A stretch of DNA of 64,000 nt from Gemmatimonadales bacterium (GCA_039917855.1 JBDSIR010000058.1:317-64316), one strand, 5' to 3'; shown: positions 44,549-54,264, counted from the stretch's first letter. Notes: generated by a model from the letters alone, not told the origin. Made by a program: numbers and translations.

Positions 44549-45795
44549 TACTGCGCCATCGTGGAGAAGAACTCCTTGTTGTTCTTCGTCCGCTTGAGGC
44601 GTTCGAGCAGGAACTCCATCGCCTCGACCGTGGGCAGGTCGGCCAGGAAGTTGCGGAGCAGGTAGACGCGGGCGAGCGCGTCCTTGTCCATGAGGAGCTC
44701 TTCCTTACGGGTGCCCGACTTCTGGACGTCGATGGCGGGCCAGATGCGCCGATCCGCAAGGCGCCTGTCGAGGACCAGTTCCATGTTGCCGGTGCCCTTG
44801 AACTCCTCGAAGATCACCTCGTCCATCCGGCTGCCGGTGTCGATCAGCGCCGTGGCGATGATGGTGAGCGAGCCGCCCCCTTCGATGTTCCGCGCGGCGC
44901 CGAAGAAACGCTTCGGCTTCTGGAGCGCGTTGGCATCGACGCCGCCCGAGAGGATCTTGCCCGAGTGCGGCACTACCACGTTGTGGGCGCGGGCGAGGCG
45001 CGTGATGGAGTCGAGCAGGATGATCACATCGCGCCCGTGCTCCACCAGGCGCTTCGCCTTCTCGATGACCATGTCGGCCACCTGCACGTGTCGATCGGCG
45101 GGCTCGTCGAATGTCGACGAGATCACCTCGGCCTTCACGTTCTCCTGCATGTCGGTCACTTCCTCGGGCCGCTCGTCGATGAGCAGCACGATGAGCGTGG
45201 CCTCCGGATGGTTCTCCGCGATCGAATTGGCCAGCTTCTGCAGGAGGATCGTCTTGCCCGCCTTCGGCGGCGCCACGATCAGGCCGCGCTGCCCCTTGCC
45301 GATGGGCGAGAGGAGGTCGACCACGCGCATCGAAAGGTCGGCCGTCTTCCGCTCGAGCCGGATCTTCTCGTCGGGGTAGCGCGGCCGCAGGTTGTCGAAC
45401 GCGATGCGGTGCTTGGTCTTCTCCGGCTCTTCGTAGTTGACGCTCTCGACCTTGAGCAGCGCCAGATAACGCTCCCCTTCCTTCGGGGGACGCACCTGAC
45501 CCATCACCGTGTCGCCGGTACGGAGATCGAATCGCTTGATCTGGCTGGGAGAGACGTAGATGTCGTCGGGACCGTACAGGTAGTTCCAGTCCTGACTGCG
45601 CAGGAAGCCGTAGCCCTCGGGCAGGATCTCGAGGACCCCCTCGCCACGAATGACCGTCTCCTGATCGAGCAGGGCCTGCTCGATCCGGAAGATCAGGTCC
45701 TGTTTCCGGAGCCCGGAGTAATTGGTGATGTTGAGCTGCTCCGCAAGCGCGTGCAGCTCAGCGACCGACTTTTGCTTGAGTTCGGCGATATCCAC
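44548..45795 (-). CDS. rho: transcription termination factor Rho
   Basis: The track ORF runs to 46023. From GTG at 45795 the N-terminus [38 protein letters not shown] lines up with canonical Rho (MNLTELKNTPVSEL..). AGGGAG lies 9 nt upstream. Walker A PPKAGKT. Confidence 0.9.
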   Translation of the reverse strand: MDIAELKQKSVAELHALAEQLNITNYSGLRKQDLIFRIEQALLDQETVIRGEGVLEILPEGYGFLRSQDWNYLYGPDDIYVSPSQIKRFDLRTGDTVMGQVRPPKEGERYLALLKVESVNYEEPEKTKHRIAFDNLRPRYPDEKIRLERKTADLSMRVVDLLSPIGKGQRGLIVAPPKAGKTILLQKLANSIAENHPEATLIVLLIDERPEEVTDMQENVKAEVISSTFDEPADRHVQVADMVIEKAKRLVEHGRDVIILLDSITRLARAHNVVVPHSGKILSGGVDANALQKPKRFFGAARNIEGGGSLTIIATALIDTGSRMDEVIFEEFKGTGNMELVLDRRLADRRIWPAIDVQKSGTRKEELLMDKDALARVYLLRNFLADLPTVEAMEFLLERLKRTKNNKEFFSTMAQ

Positions 45796-46020
45796 GGGCG
45801 CGAGGCTCCCTGTGGGGACGGGCTCCGGCGGCGGGCCGGCGGGGTCCTGTCGAGGACGGGGCTGTCGAGGGATCGAGATACGGGGACGGTCCGCGCCGGG
45901 GGACGCTGGGACCGAATTCAGGTTTTGGGCCGGGAGATAGTTGCTGCGTGGGTAGAACTGAAAGGTAGGGGTTGGGGCGGAGCGGGTCAAGAGCTTCCAG
46001 GCTCTTGCGTAAGTCGCTGT
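45796..46020 (-). promoter_or_regulatory. C-rich, G-poor 5' leader of rho (rut-like)
   Basis: Minus-strand sequence between the divergent gene and GTG 45795 is dominated by C runs (CCGCCCCAACCCCTACC..GTCCCCCGG..CCGTCCCCGT..CAGCCCCGTCC..). Confidence 0.5.
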
Positions 46021-46058
46021 CATTCACGACCTTAGAGTACCTTGGCACCGCATCCCTG

Positions 46059-46337
46059 ATGCCCTTGCAGCCGGCCCGGAAGGTCGTCCAGGACCCTCCT
46101 CCGCCCATCGAACGGGAGTTTCCCCCGTTTCGAGCTGCCGGTGTCGAGATCCCCGTCCGCGTCATCGCCCGCCTCGCCGAGGACGGGGTGTGGCGCGGGC
46201 GGATCGTTTTCGGGGGCACCGAAGGCGACGTGCCGACCGCCGAGATCCTGTGCGCCGCCAGCGAGTCCGATCTCTGGGCCGCGGCGCGCGGGCTCGGGCC
46301 GCATCACCTCCGCGGCCTCTTCCAGTCCCTCACCTGA
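46059..46337 (+). CDS. hypothetical protein (92 aa)
   Basis: Track ORF 45972..46337 trimmed to MPLQPARKVVQDPP. Followed 5 nt later by the DHp-only gene. No motif recognised. Confidence 0.4.
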   Translation: MPLQPARKVVQDPPPPIEREFPPFRAAGVEIPVRVIARLAEDGVWRGRIVFGGTEGDVPTAEILCAASESDLWAAARGLGPHHLRGLFQSLT

Positions 46338-46342
46338 CCTCG

Positions 46343-46531
46343 ATGACCGACGACCTTCCCGAACGCTTCCGCAAGCTCCGGCACGACATCGCCAATCCCC
46401 TGGCCGCCCTCCTCGCCGAGGTGCAGCTCCTCCTCCTCAACGCCGAACGCATCGACCCGGAGACGCTGTCCAGTCTCAAGGAAGTCGAGCGCTTGGCGCT
46501 CCGCATGCGCGAACAGCTGAAGAACGCGTGA
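46343..46531 (+). CDS. stand-alone HisKA/DHp-like protein (62 aa)
   Basis: MTDDLPERFRKLRHDIANPLAALLAEVQLLLLN.. carries an H-box (HDIANPL) but no catalytic ATPase domain. Confidence 0.5.
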   Translation: MTDDLPERFRKLRHDIANPLAALLAEVQLLLLNAERIDPETLSSLKEVERLALRMREQLKNA

Positions 46532-46639
46532 CATACCGCCGAGTCTGTGTGACGCGGCGGGCCCGAGCCCCGGGGCGATGCCCCAAGCCTCGTCAGGAGC
46601 CGCGGACCCCGGCCTGGATCTGGCCCGGACGTGCGGCGC

Positions 46640-48397
46640 TCAGGGCCCGTCGAGCGTCGACGCCCAGCGGGCGCCATTGAGGAGGTAGAGCACCAGGAAT
46701 ACCGCGCTCGCCGCAGAAACGGCGGCGCGATAGGTGAAGCTCGCCCCGCTCGCCGAGGCGAGCCCTTCGATCAGCCCCGCCACCACCAGCAGCGTCGCCG
46801 CCGCTCCGAGCATCCGGAGCGACACCCGCCCCGCCAGGGTGAGCGCCTCGCCGCGTGACAGATCTCCCGGTGCCCAGAGCGCGAGTCCCAGCCGGAGGCC
46901 CGCGGCAGCCGCCACGCAGATCGCGAACAGCTCCAGCACGCCGTGTCCCACGATGAATGAGAAGAGGTACTGACCCGCCCCCACGTTCACGAAATGGCCG
47001 AACGTGGCGCCGATGCTCGCGCCGTTCATCACCAGCACGAGGAGCGACCCCACCCCGAGCAGGACCCCGCCCGCGAAACAGTAGATCGCGACATTGATGT
47101 TGTTCGTCATCAGGCGTGCAGCCAGCTCGCTCCGCCTCTTTTCATCCACCTCGGCATAGCTACGCCCCTCGGCGGTCCGGCGACCCGCCGCTGCGGCGCG
47201 CTCGAGCATCACGTCGGGAAGCACTTCTTCCGCCAAGGTCGGGCGGTCGCGGAGCGCGAGGTAGCCGGCGCCGCCGCTCCCGGCGAGGAGCGCCACCGCG
47301 AGGAGCACCGACCAGCCGGCGCGCACCACGGCGGCGGGACATTCCCGCAGCAGCATCGGACCGAACCGTCGCCACGCCTGGTCGTCGGCGCGGTAGAGGG
47401 CGTTGTGCCCAGCAGCGGCAAGCCGCTCGAGCCGGGCGAGCAGCGGAGCGGGCGCCGCGTAGGTGCGCATCCGCGCCAGGTCGGCCGCGACCTCGCGATA
47501 TCGGGCCGCGAAGTCGGGAAGCTCCGGGGCGGCGAAGGTGTCGAGTCCCCGGCTCGCAGCGCGCTCCGCGATGCGGCCGAAGGTGCGCCACCGCTCCTCC
47601 TGCCGGGTCGCCAGGCGGAGGGCCGCGATCTCCCCGGCGGTGCCCCCGCGGCCCGCCGCTCGCCGCGCCTGCTCTTCGACATGGAGCGCGAGGAGGAACG
47701 CCACCGGATCGCTGGGCCGGTCGGGGACCCGCCCTTCGAATCGTCGCGCCAGGCCCGCGGCCAGTCGTCGCCCGGCCACCGCATCGAGCGTGGCATTTCG
47801 GGCGACGAACTCCTCGAGCACCCGGTACTCCTCGGGCGCGAGTCGCGCCGCAAGGACCGTCTCGACCGGCTGGATGTTCCTGCTGGACACCACCGGCGCC
47901 GATTCTGGAGCGTCGCGCACGACGAGGGTATCGGCGGCGAGGTCGCCCAGGCGACGCGCCCGCGGGTGGAAGAAGAGGCAGAGGATGCCGGTGAGGTAGG
48001 GCGGCGGCAGGAAGTCGATGACCCGGACAAGGTTCCGCATCGCGGCGGCGGCCACACCCGCCGGGTGTCCATCGGAGCGCACCACGCGGATCCTGAGCAC
48101 CCGCTTTCCGGGTGTCTGCCCCCGCCACCACGCCTCGAACGCCGTGAAATACCCCCACGCCAGCAGGAAGGCGAGGAGCACCTCCGCGGTATCGAACCAC
48201 TCGACCCCGATGAAGTGCAGCAGCGAGGCCAACGACCCGAGAGCCCAGAGGCCGAGGAAGATGAGGAGGTGGTCGAGGATGGCGGCGAGCCCGCGCGAGC
48301 CGAGGCCGGCGACCTCGTACCGGAGCACGACGTGCTCGGGGGTCTCGATCTCGATCCGTTCGCGCAGGTCGACCGACGAGCGGCCCGGGGCGGTCAT
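46640..48397 (-). CDS. RDD-domain / SpoIIM(DUF95)-like fusion membrane protein
   Basis: N-terminal RDD pattern (GLAAILDHLLI..GQTPGKRVLRIRVV..RLGDLAADTLVV). C-terminal multi-TM region with NNINVAIYCFAGGVLLGVG..GHGVLELFAI, as in SpoIIM-like proteins. Confidence 0.65.
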   Translation of the reverse strand: MTAPGRSSVDLRERIEIETPEHVVLRYEVAGLGSRGLAAILDHLLIFLGLWALGSLASLLHFIGVEWFDTAEVLLAFLLAWGYFTAFEAWWRGQTPGKRVLRIRVVRSDGHPAGVAAAAMRNLVRVIDFLPPPYLTGILCLFFHPRARRLGDLAADTLVVRDAPESAPVVSSRNIQPVETVLAARLAPEEYRVLEEFVARNATLDAVAGRRLAAGLARRFEGRVPDRPSDPVAFLLALHVEEQARRAAGRGGTAGEIAALRLATRQEERWRTFGRIAERAASRGLDTFAAPELPDFAARYREVAADLARMRTYAAPAPLLARLERLAAAGHNALYRADDQAWRRFGPMLLRECPAAVVRAGWSVLLAVALLAGSGGAGYLALRDRPTLAEEVLPDVMLERAAAAGRRTAEGRSYAEVDEKRRSELAARLMTNNINVAIYCFAGGVLLGVGSLLVLVMNGASIGATFGHFVNVGAGQYLFSFIVGHGVLELFAICVAAAAGLRLGLALWAPGDLSRGEALTLAGRVSLRMLGAAATLLVVAGLIEGLASASGASFTYRAAVSAASAVFLVLYLLNGARWASTLDGP

Positions 48398-48526
48398 GGG
48401 TGGAAATCAGCCCCGCCACCCGCGGGCCGCAACCCCCTTGCCAACAGTCGACCGAACGGCCAACGTCCCCACGGGTCGCGGGGTGCGCGACCCTCCCCCT
48501 CACACCGCCCACCATCGGAGTTCCGC

Positions 48527-49435
48527 ATGGCCGACCTCGCCTTGCGCCCCCTGTCGCTCGGGGAGCTGCTCGACCGCGCGTTCACCGTCTACCGTCAGCG
48601 CTTTGGTGCGCTTCTGATCTCCACCATCGCGTGCATGGTCGTTCCGATCCTGATGGTCGCGAACAACCTGCGCTTTTTCGGCGAGTTCGCCCAGGCCTCG
48701 CAAGGCGGCACCAGCCGGGAGGAGGCGATGGAGCAGGCCTACACCCTGATGGGCAAGATGTTCTGGGTCGGACTCGTGGCCCTGATCGGCTTCGTGATCG
48801 CCCGCACGGCGCTGGCCTGGATCTCGCACAAGGCGCTCCTGGGCGAACGGGCCGACGCCTTTGAGGGGCTCGAGAAGGGGGTCCGCTTCCTGCCGCAGAT
48901 GCTGGGCCTCGCCATCGTGGAGGGCGCGATCTACATGGTCGCGATGGGGGTGATGTACATCCCTGCCATCTTCCTCGTCATGGGGAACCTTCGCGGAGGA
49001 GGCGCGGGGGCCGTGTTCGGCCTCCTGGCCTGGATGGCGGCGCTGATTGCAGTGATGTTCTACCTCGTCTGCGCCTTCTTCGTCACCAGCTCGGTGCTCG
49101 TGGCGGAGGCCGACTCCACCGTGTTCCGCACTTTTGAACGCTCATGGACACTCACCAAGGATCGGCGGCTTACGATCTTCGGTGGGATCCTCGTGGTGGG
49201 TGTGCTCGCCTTCGTGCTCCAGCTCGGCCTCGCGATCGGCGCCCGGGTGATGGTGGGGAACGATCCCGATCAGACCGGTCCGTTCATGCTGGTCGTGTTC
49301 GGGCTCAACGTGCTGGTGAACCTGCTCACGACCGGGTACTACTACGTCTTCCAGATGGTCATGTACTACGACCTCCGCATCCGCAAGGAGGGCCTCGACC
49401 TCGAGCTCGCCTCGGAGGCGATGGCGCCGGCCTGA
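48527..49435 (+). CDS. polytopic membrane protein of unknown function
   Basis: C-terminal 302 aa of track ORF 46994..49435, starting MADLALRPLSLGELLDRAFTVYRQRF. Several hydrophobic spans. Confidence 0.55.
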   Translation: MADLALRPLSLGELLDRAFTVYRQRFGALLISTIACMVVPILMVANNLRFFGEFAQASQGGTSREEAMEQAYTLMGKMFWVGLVALIGFVIARTALAWISHKALLGERADAFEGLEKGVRFLPQMLGLAIVEGAIYMVAMGVMYIPAIFLVMGNLRGGGAGAVFGLLAWMAALIAVMFYLVCAFFVTSSVLVAEADSTVFRTFERSWTLTKDRRLTIFGGILVVGVLAFVLQLGLAIGARVMVGNDPDQTGPFMLVVFGLNVLVNLLTTGYYYVFQMVMYYDLRIRKEGLDLELASEAMAPA

Positions 49436-50070
49436 TCTCCTCCGGACCGATCCCCGCCGACTCTCTCCGGCGGGTCCTCGACAGCGTCTTCGCCTCCCCT
49501 GACTACGACTGGGGGAGGGCCCCCGAGGCGACCACCGCGGTCCCGGGGTGGTTCGTGCACGCCGTGCAGTGGCTGGTCGCGCTCATCGACCGGATACGTC
49601 ACTGGGGGGACGGACTCGAGGCGGCCGGTGTCCCCTTTCGGGGGATCCTGGTGGTGATCGCGGTGGTGCTCCTGGTGCGCGCGGCCTTCCAGGTGGCCGA
49701 CTCCGCGCGTCGGGCGCGCTCGGAAGGGCAGGGGAGCGTCGTCGTGCCGCGACTCCAGCGCGACGAGGGATGGTCGTGGCGGCGGGCCGAGGAGCTCGCC
49801 GCGCGCGGCGCCTATGCCGCCGCCATGCTCGCGGCCTTCACCGGGGCGATGCAGGCGCTCGATCGCCGGGGCCTTGTGCGGTACCGGGCGAGCGCCACCC
49901 CGCGCGAACTCCTCGTGCGCGCCACCCTGCCCGCCGACACCCGGGCCACCCTCGAGCCGCTCGTGGCGACGCTGTACCGTGCGGTCTTCGCCGCGGAGCC
50001 GGTGGCGCCCGAGTCCTTCGCGGTCTGGATCCGTGCCCTCCGCGGTGTGGTCGATGCGCCCGCGCGCTGA
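49432..50070 (+). CDS. DUF4129-like membrane-anchored protein
   Basis: One TM (GILVVIAVVLLV), then the ..ATPRELL.. pattern seen in DUF4129 proteins of MoxR/DUF58 clusters. Start codon unclear: no ATG, the CTG at 49432 overlaps the upstream stop, and the first in-frame GTG is near 49555. Confidence 0.45.
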   Translation: MISSGPIPADSLRRVLDSVFASPDYDWGRAPEATTAVPGWFVHAVQWLVALIDRIRHWGDGLEAAGVPFRGILVVIAVVLLVRAAFQVADSARRARSEGQGSVVVPRLQRDEGWSWRRAEELAARGAYAAAMLAAFTGAMQALDRRGLVRYRASATPRELLVRATLPADTRATLEPLVATLYRAVFAAEPVAPESFAVWIRALRGVVDAPAR

Positions 50071-51262
50071 GCTCGCGGTCGCCTTGGGCCTCTTGCTCGC
50101 CCTCGGCGCGTTCGTGGCCGTGGACGCGTGGCGCACGGGCGACGGTGATCGCCTGGATCTGCGGCGCACGACCTACCGCTCCACCCCGACCGGCGCACGC
50201 GGCTGGACCGAGGCGCTCGAACGCCTCGGCGTATCCATCGACCGCCTGCGCCGCCCTTCGATCATGCTCGAGAAGGTGGTCCCGGAGGACGAGCTCCTCG
50301 CCTACCTCGATCCCACATTTCCGCTCGACCTCCTCGACGCCACCCACCTGGTCGCCCGAGTGAAGCACGGCGGAAGCGTGCTGCTCGCCGGGCGCGGCGC
50401 CCGCTTCGCGATGCGGTGCTTCGGCTGGGACCGGGTCGCGGTGGAGGGCACCGGAGTTGGCGCCGAAGGGCGCGTGGAGGAGCGGTCGATCGCGATCGAT
50501 GCGGTGCAGGCAACGCTCACGAAGCTCGACCGGACCCTCGACAAGGATTCGATCCGCCGTGCCGACCTCGGCGTGCTCATCTGCACGCCTCCTGCGGTCG
50601 CGAGGGTCGACACCCTACTTCGCACGTCGGCCGGAAAGCCGGTGGTGGTGCGGTTGGTCGGCGCGGAAGGAGGCACCGTCATCATCGTGGCCGACGGACG
50701 ACTCTTCGCCGACGAGATGCTCCGCGGCAGCGATGCCGGAGTGCTGGCGCTCTCCCTCGTGGTGCCGGCGTATCGGAGCGTGGTGGTCGACGAATACCAC
50801 CACGGATACGGAGCGGCCGGCTCGATGCGGGGGGCGCTCTTCCAGTGGAGCCTCCACGCACCGTGGGGCTGGGCGCTCTGGCAGGCCGCGGTGGTCGGCG
50901 TGATCGCGCTGCTCACCGCGATGGTCCGGAGCGGGCCTCTCCATCAAGCGCGCTCGCGTCGGCGACGGTCACCGCTGGAGCACGTACGGGCGCTGGCGCA
51001 GGCGCTCGCTGCCACCCGCGGGCATGACGTGGCGGTGCGGCTCCTCGTCGGCGGTCTGCGCCGCCGCCTCAGTGCGGATGGCCGCCCCACCCGCGATGAC
51101 CCGACCACCTGGCTCGCCGCCCTGGCGTCCCGGATGCGTACTCCGCGTGGCCGCTCGGCCGCGCGCACCCTGCAGGATCTGACGCGGCCGGGCCAGTCCG
51201 CCCCCGGTGTACTGGCCGCCGCCAACGCCGTGGAGGCAGTGTGGGACGAGACCCGACCGTGA
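50054..51262 (+). CDS. DUF4350-like protein
   Basis: Trimmed to MRPRAELAVALGLLLALGAFVAV (N-terminal TM) and a second TM near the C-terminus. Position in the cluster matches DUF4350. Confidence 0.5.
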   Translation: MRPRAELAVALGLLLALGAFVAVDAWRTGDGDRLDLRRTTYRSTPTGARGWTEALERLGVSIDRLRRPSIMLEKVVPEDELLAYLDPTFPLDLLDATHLVARVKHGGSVLLAGRGARFAMRCFGWDRVAVEGTGVGAEGRVEERSIAIDAVQATLTKLDRTLDKDSIRRADLGVLICTPPAVARVDTLLRTSAGKPVVVRLVGAEGGTVIIVADGRLFADEMLRGSDAGVLALSLVVPAYRSVVVDEYHHGYGAAGSMRGALFQWSLHAPWGWALWQAAVVGVIALLTAMVRSGPLHQARSRRRRSPLEHVRALAQALAATRGHDVAVRLLVGGLRRRLSADGRPTRDDPTTWLAALASRMRTPRGRSAARTLQDLTRPGQSAPGVLAAANAVEAVWDETRP

Positions 51263-52221
51263 CCCCCGACGACATCGCGCGAGCGCGGGCCAGCGCCGAG
51301 GGAGTGCTGGCCCAGCTCCAACACGTGGTGCTGGGGCAGCCCGCCGCCGCCCGCGACCTGCTCATCGCCATCGCCGCGCGAGGCCACGTCCTGCTCGAGG
51401 GGGTGCCCGGCACCGCCAAGACCCTGCTGGTCCGGACGCTCTCCCAGGCGCTGGGCCTCGACTTTCGCCGGATCCAGTTCACCCCGGACCTGATGCCGAG
51501 CGACATCACCGGCGTGAACCTGCTGGCCGACCAGGGAGAGTTCCGCTTCCGGCCCGGTCCCCTCTTCACCGACCTGGTCCTGGCCGACGAGATCAACCGC
51601 GCCCCCGCCAAGACCCAGGCGGCCCTGCTGGAAGCGATGCAGGAGCGGAGCGTCACCGTCGACGGGACCACCCACACCCTCTCGGCCGCATTCACCGTCT
51701 TCGCTACCCAGAACCCGATCGAGTTCGAGGGCACCTACCCGCTGCCCGAGGCGGAGCTCGACCGATTCCTCATCAAGGTCACGATCGACTATCCCGACGC
51801 CGTGTCCGAACAGGGGATCCTCGCCCGGGTGCTGGAGGGCTTCGAGAGCGATGAGCCGACCACCTACGGCGTCCACCGCATCCTCGATCGCGAGGGGCTC
51901 GCCGAGCTCCGTCGGGTGACCCGTGGGGTACGGGCGGAAGCGCCGGTGCAGGCTTACATCACCGCCCTCACGCGGGCGACGCGCGAGGCCGCCGGCCTCA
52001 CGATGGGTGCCGGGCCGCGCGCCACGGTGGCGCTCCTCAAGGCGAGCCAGGCTGCCGCGCTCCTCGATGGCCGCGCCTACGTCACCCCCGACGATGTCAA
52101 GTCGGTGGCCGTCCCGGTGATGCGGCATCGGGTCGTGGTGGCGCCGGAACTCGAGCTCGAAGGGGTCACTCCCGATCGGGCGCTCGAAGGGGTGCTCGAC
52201 GCGGTCGAGGCGCCGCGCTGA
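51241..52221 (+). CDS. MoxR-family AAA+ ATPase
   Basis: GVPGTAKT Walker A, LADEINRAPAKTQAALLEAMQE, VFATQNPIEFEGTYPLPEAELDRF. Confidence 0.9.
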   Translation: MGRDPTVTPDDIARARASAEGVLAQLQHVVLGQPAAARDLLIAIAARGHVLLEGVPGTAKTLLVRTLSQALGLDFRRIQFTPDLMPSDITGVNLLADQGEFRFRPGPLFTDLVLADEINRAPAKTQAALLEAMQERSVTVDGTTHTLSAAFTVFATQNPIEFEGTYPLPEAELDRFLIKVTIDYPDAVSEQGILARVLEGFESDEPTTYGVHRILDREGLAELRRVTRGVRAEAPVQAYITALTRATREAAGLTMGAGPRATVALLKASQAAALLDGRAYVTPDDVKSVAVPVMRHRVVVAPELELEGVTPDRALEGVLDAVEAPR

Positions 52222-53537
52222 TGCCGCTGCCCACCCGGCGGTGGACGATCGTCGCGGCGCTCCTCGCGCTGCTCTGGCCCTTGGCGGGGAGTGTCCCCGA
52301 CGGCGGACTCGCCGTGCTGGCCGTCGACCTCCTCTGGGTGCTCGCATTCGGGGTCGACTGGTACCTGACGCCCGAGCCCGCGGGGATCGAGGTGACGCGG
52401 GAAGCACCCCCGGCGTTCAGCGTCGGTCGCGCGCTGCCGGTGCGGTACCGATGGCTCAACGGGGCGCACCGCGTCGCGCGATGCGAGGTGCGCGAGGAGC
52501 TCCCCGGCCCGCTGATGGAGGGGCCGGCTCCCAAACGAGAGGTCCGGATCCCGGCGCGGGGCGTCGTGAACGAATGGCTTACCCTCACTCCACGCCGCCG
52601 CGGTCGGGGCACCGGGGGGACGCTCTGGCTCCGGATCCGTGGTCCTCTCGGGCTCGTCCGCGTCACCGCGAAGATCGAGAGCCCGTGGACCGCGACGGTC
52701 TTTCCCGATCTGACCGAGGCCGCGCTGCGCTCGCTCCCCACTCGGCAGATGCGGCGGCGCGAAGCGGGCTTCCGGAGCGTCCGCCGGCTCGGGGAGGGGC
52801 GGGTGTTCGAGACGCTGAAGGAGTGGGTGCCCGGTGACGACACCCGGAGCATCGACTGGAAGGCGACTGCGAAGCGGGGCAAGGTGATGGCGCGTCAGTA
52901 CGAGGACGAGCGGCGCCAGCAGGTGCTCATCGTGATCGACGCCGGGCGGATGCTCACCGCCGAGATCGACGGTCGCCCCCGGCTCGAATCGGCCATCGAT
53001 GCCGCGCTGCAACTGGCCTACAGCGCGGTCGAACACGACGACGACGTCGGGCTCCTCGTTTTCGCCGACCGGATCCAGCACTACCTTGCCCCTCGGCGGG
53101 GTCGCCGTGCGCTCCGCGCCGTGGTGGAAGCGCTCGCCACCGTCGAAGGACGGCTGCTCGAGCCCGACTACCCGGCGGCGTTCGCCTTCCTGGCATCCCG
53201 GAATCGCAAGCGCGCTCTCACTGTGTTCTTCACCGACGTGATCGACCGGACCGCGAGCGACGCGTTGATGGCGCAGGTCGGCTCCCTCCGGCCGCGCCAT
53301 CTCCCCCTGGCGGTCACCCTCCGTGACCCCTCGCTCGAGCGCACCGCGGTGGCGCACGCGGACACCCCCGCGCAGGCGTTCGAGCGGGCGGCCGCGGAAG
53401 AGCTCCTGACCGCGCGCGCGGAGGCGTTGACCCAGATGCGCGCCCGGGGGGTGCTGGTGCTCGACGTCCCGCCCGCGCAAGCCGCGCGGTCGGTGGTGGA
53501 GCGGTATGATCAGTTGAAGAGGAGGGGGGCACTCTAG
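52221..53537 (+). CDS. DUF58 (vWA-like) protein
   Basis: DTRSIDWKATAKRGKVMARQYEDE signature. Start overlaps the MoxR stop. Confidence 0.7.
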   Translation: MPLPTRRWTIVAALLALLWPLAGSVPDGGLAVLAVDLLWVLAFGVDWYLTPEPAGIEVTREAPPAFSVGRALPVRYRWLNGAHRVARCEVREELPGPLMEGPAPKREVRIPARGVVNEWLTLTPRRRGRGTGGTLWLRIRGPLGLVRVTAKIESPWTATVFPDLTEAALRSLPTRQMRRREAGFRSVRRLGEGRVFETLKEWVPGDDTRSIDWKATAKRGKVMARQYEDERRQQVLIVIDAGRMLTAEIDGRPRLESAIDAALQLAYSAVEHDDDVGLLVFADRIQHYLAPRRGRRALRAVVEALATVEGRLLEPDYPAAFAFLASRNRKRALTVFFTDVIDRTASDALMAQVGSLRPRHLPLAVTLRDPSLERTAVAHADTPAQAFERAAAEELLTARAEALTQMRARGVLVLDVPPAQAARSVVERYDQLKRRGAL

Positions 53538-53559
53538 GTGGAGCTCGCCCTGCGAAGAT

Positions 53560-53662
53560 GTCATCCCGAGCCTTGTCCTGAGCGAAGCGAAGGAAGAGCG
53601 AGGGATCTACTCGGCGCGGTCCTGGACTGGCCAGCTAGATCCCTCGCTCCCCTCGGGATGAC
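53560..53662. repeat. AGCGAGGGAYCTA-family palindrome with a nested partial copy in the left arm
   Basis: GTCATCCCGAG[CCTTGTCCTGAGCGAAGCGAAGGAAG]AGCGAGGGATCTA ... TAGATCCCTCGCTCCCCTCGGGATGAC. Confidence 0.85.
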
Positions 53663-53922
53663 CCCGTGCCACGGTCGATGCCTTGCAGGTAACGGAGCAA
53701 CTCCCGCGTCGTCTCGAACACCTTCACCTCGGGATCCACCAGCGCCCGCTCCCGTCCCTCCCACTTGAGGTCGAGGTGCGGGCGCTTCCCTTTGCGCTGC
53801 AAGGCCGGGGGTGGAGCGCCGACGCGCACGCGGAGCGCTTCGAGCTCGGCGATGTCGTCGGTCGTGCTCACCACGTGCGACCAGCCGCGGGCGAGCAGAT
53901 TCTCACGATCCATCAGCAGCAT
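53635..53922 (-). CDS. DUF4031-like small protein
   Basis: WSHVVSTTDDIAELEAL..HLDL pattern. The C-terminal ~10 codons read into palindromic repeat 53560-53662. Confidence 0.45.
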   Translation of the reverse strand: MLLMDRENLLARGWSHVVSTTDDIAELEALRVRVGAPPPALQRKGKRPHLDLKWEGRERALVDPEVKVFETTRELLRYLQGIDRGTGSSRGERGI

Positions 53923-53928
53923 GACAGT

Positions 53929-54264
53929 CTAGCGCGCATGCTTGTGGAACAGCTCCACCAGCTCGTCATACATCGCCTCGGCCTCCCCCGCGCCCTGCTT
54001 GATGGCGTGGGTCGCGCAGTGCTTGAGATGATTCCGCATCAGCTCGCGCGACACGGAGCGGAGCGCCTCCTGCACCGAGGAGATCTGGGTCAGGATGTCG
54101 GCGCAGTATCGGTCCTCACCGACCATCTTCTGCAGTCCCCGCACTTGCCCCTCGATCCGCTTCAGCCGGTTGGTGTTCTTCTCCTTGAGGTCGGCGTCGA
54201 CGGCGACGGCCTTCCGGCCCTCGTGCACCGCGCCGCACCCGCAGGTGGTGAGCTCGTTCGTCAT
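53929..54264 (-). CDS. csoR: CsoR/RcnR-family metal-sensing repressor
   Basis: C-terminal 111 aa of track ORF 53929..55044. RIEGQVRGLQKMV..RYCADILTQ..HLKHC (the C-H-C ligand pattern). Confidence 0.8.
   Translation of the reverse strand: MTNELTTCGCGAVHEGRKAVAVDADLKEKNTNRLKRIEGQVRGLQKMVGEDRYCADILTQISSVQEALRSVSRELMRNHLKHCATHAIKQGAGEAEAMYDELVELFHKHAR

Noticed and set aside
44548-46023. Rho with a 76-aa N-terminal extension (as in some Actinobacteria and Bacteroidota)
   Set aside because: The extension is Pro-rich translation of a C-rich leader and would crowd the divergent gene at 46059. The internal GTG with an SD gives a canonical-length Rho. Not fully excluded; see the finding.
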